A DNA stretch of 32,000 nt from Thermus thermophilus HB8. GTDB taxonomy: Bacteria > Deinococcota > Deinococci > Deinococcales > Thermaceae. Within the stretch, counting starts at the first letter, position 1. Each line of letters opens with the position of its first letter. Positions 27,890-32,000 of the stretch are shown here, piece by piece. Below the pieces are notes generated by a model, which was not told where the DNA came from, ran no database searches, and saw nothing but the letters and a program-made list of their open reading frames with translations. The position numbers were made by a program, and so were the translations under genes. The DNA is taken from NCBI RefSeq assembly GCF_000091545.1, contig NC_006461.1, positions 862,778 through 894,777 of the forward strand, read 5' to 3'.

Positions 27890-28645
27890 CTAGAACCTCC
27901 CCAATATACCCCGCCTGCGGACTAGGCGGTACATGTAGGCCATGGCCCAAAGGCCCGCCCCGAAGAGGAGGAGGCCCTGGAGGAGGGCCAGGAGGAAGAT
28001 CTCCCGGTCAAACTCCCCGCCCGTGAGCCCAAGCCGCACCAGGTGGGCCCCTGGGGCGAAGGGGAGGTAGGCCATGTAGGGCTGCCATTGGGTGAGGGAA
28101 AGAAAGTAGGGGAGCAGTATGAAATTGAGCACAATAAAAAGGTTATCTACCCGCCTAAAGAGAAGTCCCAAGGATCCCATGAGGAAAGCTAAGCCGAGGT
28201 TTATTGGAAAGAAGGCCAACACACCAAGCGGCCACCACCAGGAGGGTTGGAAGGAAATGCCGCTCACCCAGTAGAGCACTAGGAGCACCGCGGCGGCATA
28301 CAGCCCCCCGTTTAGGCCAAGGACAAAGGCCCTTACCGTTAACTGGGTAAGTAGCCCTCCTCTTGCTAGAGAGAGGTGCTCTATGGTCCCAAGCATGCTC
28401 TCGTTCAAAATATTCAAAGCAAATGTTCGCCAAAGGGCCCCTGCGAATTCGGAGACACCGTATAAGGCGAGCAGAGAGCCTAGGTCTAGGTCTGATAAAG
28501 ATGTCTTCGTTACGCTTTTCAAGCCGATTAAGATGGCATAGAAAAACAGTACATCTGCCAACATTCCGGAGAGGAAGTTGAGCCAATATAGCTTGTAGTG
28601 CTCCAACATCAACCTTACTTCGGCCAACCACTGGAACCGGTTCAT
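27890..28645 (-). CDS. ABC-2 type transporter permease (paralog 1), compositionally mosaic
   Basis: 251 aa: MNRFQWLAEVRLMLEHYKLYWLNFLSG.... The 5' two-thirds (about 28100-28645) use many A/T-ending codons. The 3' third is host-like in GC content. Confidence 0.8.
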   Translation of the reverse strand: MNRFQWLAEVRLMLEHYKLYWLNFLSGMLADVLFFYAILIGLKSVTKTSLSDLDLGSLLALYGVSEFAGALWRTFALNILNESMLGTIEHLSLARGGLLTQLTVRAFVLGLNGGLYAAAVLLVLYWVSGISFQPSWWWPLGVLAFFPINLGLAFLMGSLGLLFRRVDNLFIVLNFILLPYFLSLTQWQPYMAYLPFAPGAHLVRLGLTGGEFDREIFLLALLQGLLLFGAGLWAMAYMYRLVRRRGILGRF

Positions 28646-28663
28646 CGCTTTATTCCGGAGTGT

Positions 28664-28711
28664 GAGGCCAAGGTGCCTTGACTTCTTCGCTGCGCAGGCT
28701 ACCTTGGCCTC
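28664..28711 (-). other. 11-bp hairpin between the small ORF and the ABC-2 operon
   Basis: GAGGCCAAGGT (28664-28674) is the reverse complement of ACCTTGGCCTC (28701-28711), with a 26-nt loop. There is no U-tract, so it is not a canonical terminator. Confidence 0.5.
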
Positions 28712-28727
28712 CTTACCTAGGCCTCAG

Positions 28728-28832
28728 CTACCAAAGCTTGGTGTTGTGGACGCAGCCCGAATTCTGCCCACAATTGTAGCCACAGTCGCCGCTAGGAGCT
28801 ATACGCAGTCCAGGCTTCACGACCCACCGCAT
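28728..28832 (-). CDS. candidate small Cys-rich peptide (34 aa): MRWVVKPGLRIAPSGDCGYNCGQNSGCVHNTKLW
   Basis: Translated by hand; it is below the ORF-track size cutoff. The ATG at 28832..28830 is preceded by GAAAGGAGGTGA plus 5 nt, a 12-nt match to the complement of the 16S rRNA 3' tail. The stop is TAG at 28730..28728. It sits between two hairpins inside a co-directional operon. Confidence 0.5.
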   Translation of the reverse strand: MRWVVKPGLRIAPSGDCGYNCGQNSGCVHNTKLW

Positions 28833-28857
28833 CCTCCTCACCTCCTTTCCCTAGCCC

Positions 28858-28894
28858 GTGCAGGGGCGAGGTGCCGGCTCTGCCTCGCCTGCAC
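28858..28894 (-). other. bulged hairpin between the lipoprotein stop and the small-ORF Shine-Dalgarno
   Basis: On the minus strand: GTGCAGGCGAGG, an 11-nt loop, then CCTCGCC(CC)TGCAC. Confidence 0.4.
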
Positions 28895-28896
28895 GT

Positions 28897-29856
28897 TTAA
28901 AAACACCTGGAGTTGGACGAAGAACGCCTGCTTGAGTAAATCCTAAGATCTGTCCACTGGTAATAGTACCCCGCCCAGGCTGAGCTGTAGCACCCCGTGC
29001 TTCCGTAGGCCACACTCATGCACTGGGAAGTGGGCCAACCCGAGTCGTAGCAGGGTGGAGGCCAGTCGTTCGCCGCCTTGGCGCTGGTCCGGGTTTCCAC
29101 CTGGCCCCAGATGATGCTGCCCGTAGAGCAGCTGGCGAAAGCGTAGGCCTTAGCCCCAGGAGAGGCTGTGGTGGGCATGGCCGAGGCCGCCAAGCTACAG
29201 GACGGGAAAAGGGACTGGGGGCCCAGGTGCTGGACCAGGAGGGGAAAAGTATCCAGACCCACCACCATTCCCCCATCAGAGGTCTTGAGCTTCGGGGGCA
29301 AACCCTGGAAGTCTCCACCCCCAGGGAGGTTCTCCGGACCGTACCGTTTCATCTGCCCCACAATTTCCCCCAGCTTCGCCCTAAGTTCCTGGCGTTGCGG
29401 TTCCTTCAGGGGGAGAGGGATCCTCTCCAAGAAGGCCCTTTCCAGGACGCTTACCACAAGCTCCTCGTCGGACCAAAGAGCCTGCTGCTCCTTCACAAAG
29501 CGCAGCTGTTCCTCCCAGAATGCCTTTTCCTCGGAGGTGGCTTGGGCCATCCTTCCCTGGGCGTATTCAGCGAACTTCCGCACGCTTTCCTCGCTCAAAA
29601 GAGGTGGCGCTATATCCAGGGAAACCCTCCCCTCCCCCTCCCGGTACCGGATTCCGGGGGCGAGTTCCATCCAGGCAGCGGATTGATCGGGGGATTGGGA
29701 AGGCGTTGCGGTTGCCGCTCCCCGCCCGCAGCCCGCAAAAAGACCAGAGAGAACGACCAGGAGCGCCAAGGGCACTCTTGAACTCCAGGCGAAGGGCCTC
29801 ACGTGGATCCGCCGCATCCGGCCGCCGACCTTGACCTCCTGCACTTCCTTGAGCAT
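28897..29856 (-). CDS. lipoprotein of unknown function with a Cys/aromatic-rich C-terminal domain
   Basis: Signal peptide with lipobox ...PLALLVVLSGLFAGC. Helical middle region. C-terminal region of about 110 aa with six Cys (SCS, SCS, PPPCYDSGW, SQCM, TGCY, RCF). ATG 29856 has GGGGGTGA 5 nt upstream. Alternative starts are GTG 29865 and ATG 29817. Mid-GC codon usage unlike its neighbours. Confidence 0.7.
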   Translation of the reverse strand: MLKEVQEVKVGGRMRRIHVRPFAWSSRVPLALLVVLSGLFAGCGRGAATATPSQSPDQSAAWMELAPGIRYREGEGRVSLDIAPPLLSEESVRKFAEYAQGRMAQATSEEKAFWEEQLRFVKEQQALWSDEELVVSVLERAFLERIPLPLKEPQRQELRAKLGEIVGQMKRYGPENLPGGGDFQGLPPKLKTSDGGMVVGLDTFPLLVQHLGPQSLFPSCSLAASAMPTTASPGAKAYAFASCSTGSIIWGQVETRTSAKAANDWPPPCYDSGWPTSQCMSVAYGSTGCYSSAWAGYYYQWTDLRIYSSRRSSSNSRCF

Positions 29857-29901
29857 CTCCTTCACCCCCTTACGGGTTAGCCTCAGGGTAGCAAGAGGAA
29901 G

Positions 29902-29962
29902 GTAACGCCCGCGTAACTCAGGAAGCTCTCATAAAGACGCTAGGGCGTTACGCGGAGGTTAC
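29902..29962. promoter_or_regulatory. operator-like array of four phased half-sites: GTAAC-N6-GTAAC-N29-GTTAC-N6-GTTAC
   Basis: GTAAC at 29902 and 29913. GTTAC at 29947 and 29958. Includes the 9-bp perfect inverted repeat GTAACGCCC (29902-29910) / GGGCGTTAC (29943-29951). Lies 46-106 nt upstream of the lipoprotein start. Confidence 0.4.
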
Positions 29963-30319
29963 GTGGGCCGGGGTAGCCTTCAGGCGTGCGGCTCTTGTGG
30001 CTTCTCCTTGACCTCCTCGGGGGCTCTGGGGTCCTTCCCCAGTGCTTCGTCCCCTGCTGCCTGCCTCCGGGGCCGGGGCTCTAAGGCCCCACTCCCCCCT
30101 GAGCCTTGCCACCCGGGCCCGGGCGATGGGGCGGCGGGGATCCTGGGAGGGTAGCCTCTCCAAGAGGGCCTCCCAGACCTCCAGGTCCTCCCCCAGGCGC
30201 TCGGCCTCTGGGAGGCCTTCTTGGGGAGTTTGGAGGAGGGCTTCCGCCTCCCGGTCCCTGCCCTCCTCCAGGAGGCGGAGGACAGGAGCCAGGGGGCTTG
30301 CCGGGAAATCCAGGGCCAC
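29948..30319 (-). CDS. hypothetical protein, possibly a disrupted gene
   Basis: GTG start. The first roughly 78 codons (VALDFPASPLAPVLRLLEEGRDREAEALL...) have host-like GC3. The last roughly 45 codons switch to A/T-ending codons, and another frame looks equally plausible there. Confidence 0.3.
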   Translation of the reverse strand: MALDFPASPLAPVLRLLEEGRDREAEALLQTPQEGLPEAERLGEDLEVWEALLERLPSQDPRRPIARARVARLRGEWGLRAPAPEAGSRGRSTGEGPQSPRGGQGEATRAARLKATPAHVTSA

Positions 30320-30332
30320 GGAGCCATTTTAG

Positions 30333-30503
30333 ACGTGCGGGGGCCTGGGCTTTTGTTCCTTGGCCCGGTACCGGGACCTGCCCTTGGGCTTCGCCGATGC
30401 CGCGGTTGTCGCCATGGCGGAGCGGAATGGGGGCCTGGTCCTAAGCCTGGACCGGCACTTTCACATGGTGGCGCAGGAGGGGACCATCCGGGTACTTCCC
30501 TAA
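30333..30503 (+). pseudogene. PIN-domain (VapC-like) toxin gene remnant, C-terminal about 45 aa only
   Basis: Hand translation gives ...[46 protein letters not shown]. This matches the C-terminal PIN pattern (DA..vA.A...g..l.t.D.dF). An in-frame TAG lies at 30330-30332. There is no N-terminal half and no antitoxin gene. Confidence 0.6.
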
Positions 30504-31252
30504 CCCGCGATCCTGAGGAGGGCGAGGAAGCTTTCCAGCTCCAGGCTCGCCCCGCCCACGAGCCCCCCGTCCACGTTGGGCATGGAGAGGAGGTCGGCGA
30601 AGTTCTTGGGGTTGACGCTTCCTCCGTAGAGGATGCGAACCCGGCTCGCGAAGGCCTCCCCGTACCGCTCGGAAAGGGCCTTGCGGATCGCCTGGTGCAT
30701 GGCCTCGGCGTCCTCGGGGGTGGCGTTTTTGCCCGTGCCGATGGCCCACACGGGCTCGTAGGCGATGACGAGGGCCTCTGGGCCAGGGGGCTCCACCCCC
30801 TCGAGGCTCCCCCGGAGTTGCCTCAAGGTGTAGGGCACGGCCTCGCCCTTTTCCCGCACCTCCAAGGGTTCCCCCACGCAGAGGATGGGGGTGATCCCCT
30901 CCTCCAGAAGCCTCTTGGCCTTCTCCGCCACCAGGGCGTCCGTCTCCCCGTGGTAGCGCCTTCGCTCCGAGTGGCCCACGATGGCGTAGCGGCAACCGAG
31001 GTCGGAAAGCATCCGTGCCGAAACCTCCCCCGTGTAGGCCCCCTCCTTGTGGGCGGAGACGTCCTGAGCCCCGTAGCCCACCTGGGTTTCGGCCAGCACC
31101 TCCTTGGCCACGGGGAGGATGGGGAAGGCGGGGAGGACGGCGGCCTCCGACTGCAGGGGGGGAAGGAGCCTCTTGAGCTCGGCGAACCACACCCTGGCCT
31201 CGGAGGGCGTTTTGTGCATTTTCCAGTTGCCCGCCACCAAGACGCGCCGCAT
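30500..31252 (-). CDS. tpiA: triosephosphate isomerase
   Basis: [15 protein letters not shown]..., ...AIVGHSERR..., ...[13 protein letters not shown]... and ...YGGSV. Start is at ATG 31252; the longer track ORF is upstream junk. Confidence 0.95.
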   Translation of the reverse strand: MRRVLVAGNWKMHKTPSEARVWFAELKRLLPPLQSEAAVLPAFPILPVAKEVLAETQVGYGAQDVSAHKEGAYTGEVSARMLSDLGCRYAIVGHSERRRYHGETDALVAEKAKRLLEEGITPILCVGEPLEVREKGEAVPYTLRQLRGSLEGVEPPGPEALVIAYEPVWAIGTGKNATPEDAEAMHQAIRKALSERYGEAFASRVRILYGGSVNPKNFADLLSMPNVDGGLVGGASLELESFLALLRIAG

Positions 31253-31260
31253 GCCTTCTT

Positions 31261-32000
31261 TTATACACCCTCGTGGGCGGCGCTTCCCTCCCGCAGAAGG
31301 CGGTGGGCCTCCTTGAAGCCCACGAGTTTGCGGCGCTTTTCGTCGTGGAGGTGCATGTCGGCGAAGGCGATGCGAAAGGCGTCCTTGAGGGTCACGGTGG
31401 GGGCCACCTTCACCAGGTCCACCTTCTCCTGCACCTCGGGGAGGAGGTAGTTGGGGATCTTGGGGGCCAGGTGGTGGATGTGGTGGAAGCCGATGTTCCC
31501 GGTGAGCCACTGCAGGACCCTGGGGAGCTTGAGGTAGGTGCTCCCCTCCATGGCGGCCTTGAGGTGCTCCCAGCGGGGGTCGTGCTCCCAGTAGGCGTCC
31601 TCAAACTGGTGTTGCACGTAGAAGAGGAAGATGCCCACCATACCGGCGAAGTACTGGATGGGGAGGTAGACGAGGAGAAGGGTCTTGAGGCCGAAGCCGA
31701 GGTAGATGCCCGTCCAAAGCAGGACCAGGAAGAGGTTGGTGAGGGCCACGGAGTTGCGCACCGAGGGCTTTTCCGAGCCGTAGCCCAAGGGCAGGCGGTA
31801 GGAGAGCATGAAGACGTAGATGGGCCCCAGGAAGAACATGACGAAGGGGTTGCGGTAGAGACGGTACCTAAGCCTTTCCCCAGGGGTGGCCTTCAGGTAC
31901 TCCTCCAGGGTCATGGTGTAGATGTCCCCCACGCCCCGCTTGTCCAGGTTGCCGCTCGTGGCGTGGTGGCGGGCGTGGGAGAGCTGCCAGTGGTGGTAGG
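31261..32000 (-). CDS. membrane fatty-acid desaturase (partial, 5' end beyond right edge)
   Basis: His boxes HARHH (from my translation of 31933-32000: ...[24 protein letters not shown]) and [15 protein letters not shown]. Stop at 31261. Confidence 0.85.
   Translation of the reverse strand, partial: YHHWQLSHARHHATSGNLDKRGVGDIYTMTLEEYLKATPGERLRYRLYRNPFVMFFLGPIYVFMLSYRLPLGYGSEKPSVRNSVALTNLFLVLLWTGIYLGFGLKTLLLVYLPIQYFAGMVGIFLFYVQHQFEDAYWEHDPRWEHLKAAMEGSTYLKLPRVLQWLTGNIGFHHIHHLAPKIPNYLLPEVQEKVDLVKVAPTVTLKDAFRIAFADMHLHDEKRRKLVGFKEAHRLLREGSAAHEGV

Noticed and set aside
28703-28720. SD-like AAGGAGG on the minus strand just after the small ORF's stop, considered as the ribosome-binding site of another hidden ORF.
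   Set aside because: No ATG, GTG or TTG lies within a workable distance downstream. The sequence forms the left arm of the 11-bp hairpin.
28662-28946. 94-aa plus-strand ORF spanning the peptide region.
   Set aside because: It has a GTG start with no properly spaced Shine-Dalgarno. It runs antisense to the small ORF and both hairpins, overlaps the lipoprotein gene's 3' end, and has no recognisable motifs. The opposite-strand small ORF has much stronger translation signals.
30500-31252. tpiA located 26 kb away from gap-pgk, considered as an operon rearrangement.
   Set aside because: Separation of tpiA from gap-pgk is common in bacteria, and nothing in the sequence indicates a recent rearrangement of tpiA itself.

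Overview
Very GC-rich segment with strong G/C third-codon bias. The proteins and the CRISPR repeat look Thermus-like (Deinococcota). Most of the window is tightly packed housekeeping genes: cell-wall amidase and smpB, bioY, gap-pgk, rbfA, a thioesterase, a class-III aminotransferase, rnr, cca, coaE, tRNA-Pro, rsmD-coaD-purH, mnmE, hemL, an SMR pump, 2-oxoacid dehydrogenase E1 alpha/beta, an aminotransferase, tpiA and a desaturase. There are four kinds of accessory content. (1) A cas-less CRISPR array of 20 repeats and 19 spacers (36-nt repeat GTTGCAAGGGATTGAGCCCCGTAAGGGGATTGCGAC). It is split by a 1.16-kb IS110-family element inserted inside one repeat with a TG duplication. Its distal end is truncated by a remnant of a second, related IS end at almost the same repeat position. 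The IS non-coding end has features expected of a bridge/guide RNA matching that junction. (2) A hicB-hicA pair wedged between hemL and mnmE. (3) A PIN-domain gene remnant. (4) A roughly 2-kb lower-GC islet (about 28.1-30.1 kb) at the head of an ABC-2 exporter operon. This islet is my best candidate for an undescribed system. It contains a 34-codon Cys-rich ORF below the ORF-track cutoff with a near-perfect Shine-Dalgarno, flanked by hairpins. It also contains a Cys-rich lipoprotein gene and an upstream set of four phased GTAAC/GTTAC half-sites. Many long ORFs in the six-frame track are off-frame artefacts of the high GC content. All calls come from reading the sequence and from remembered family motifs; no searches were run.
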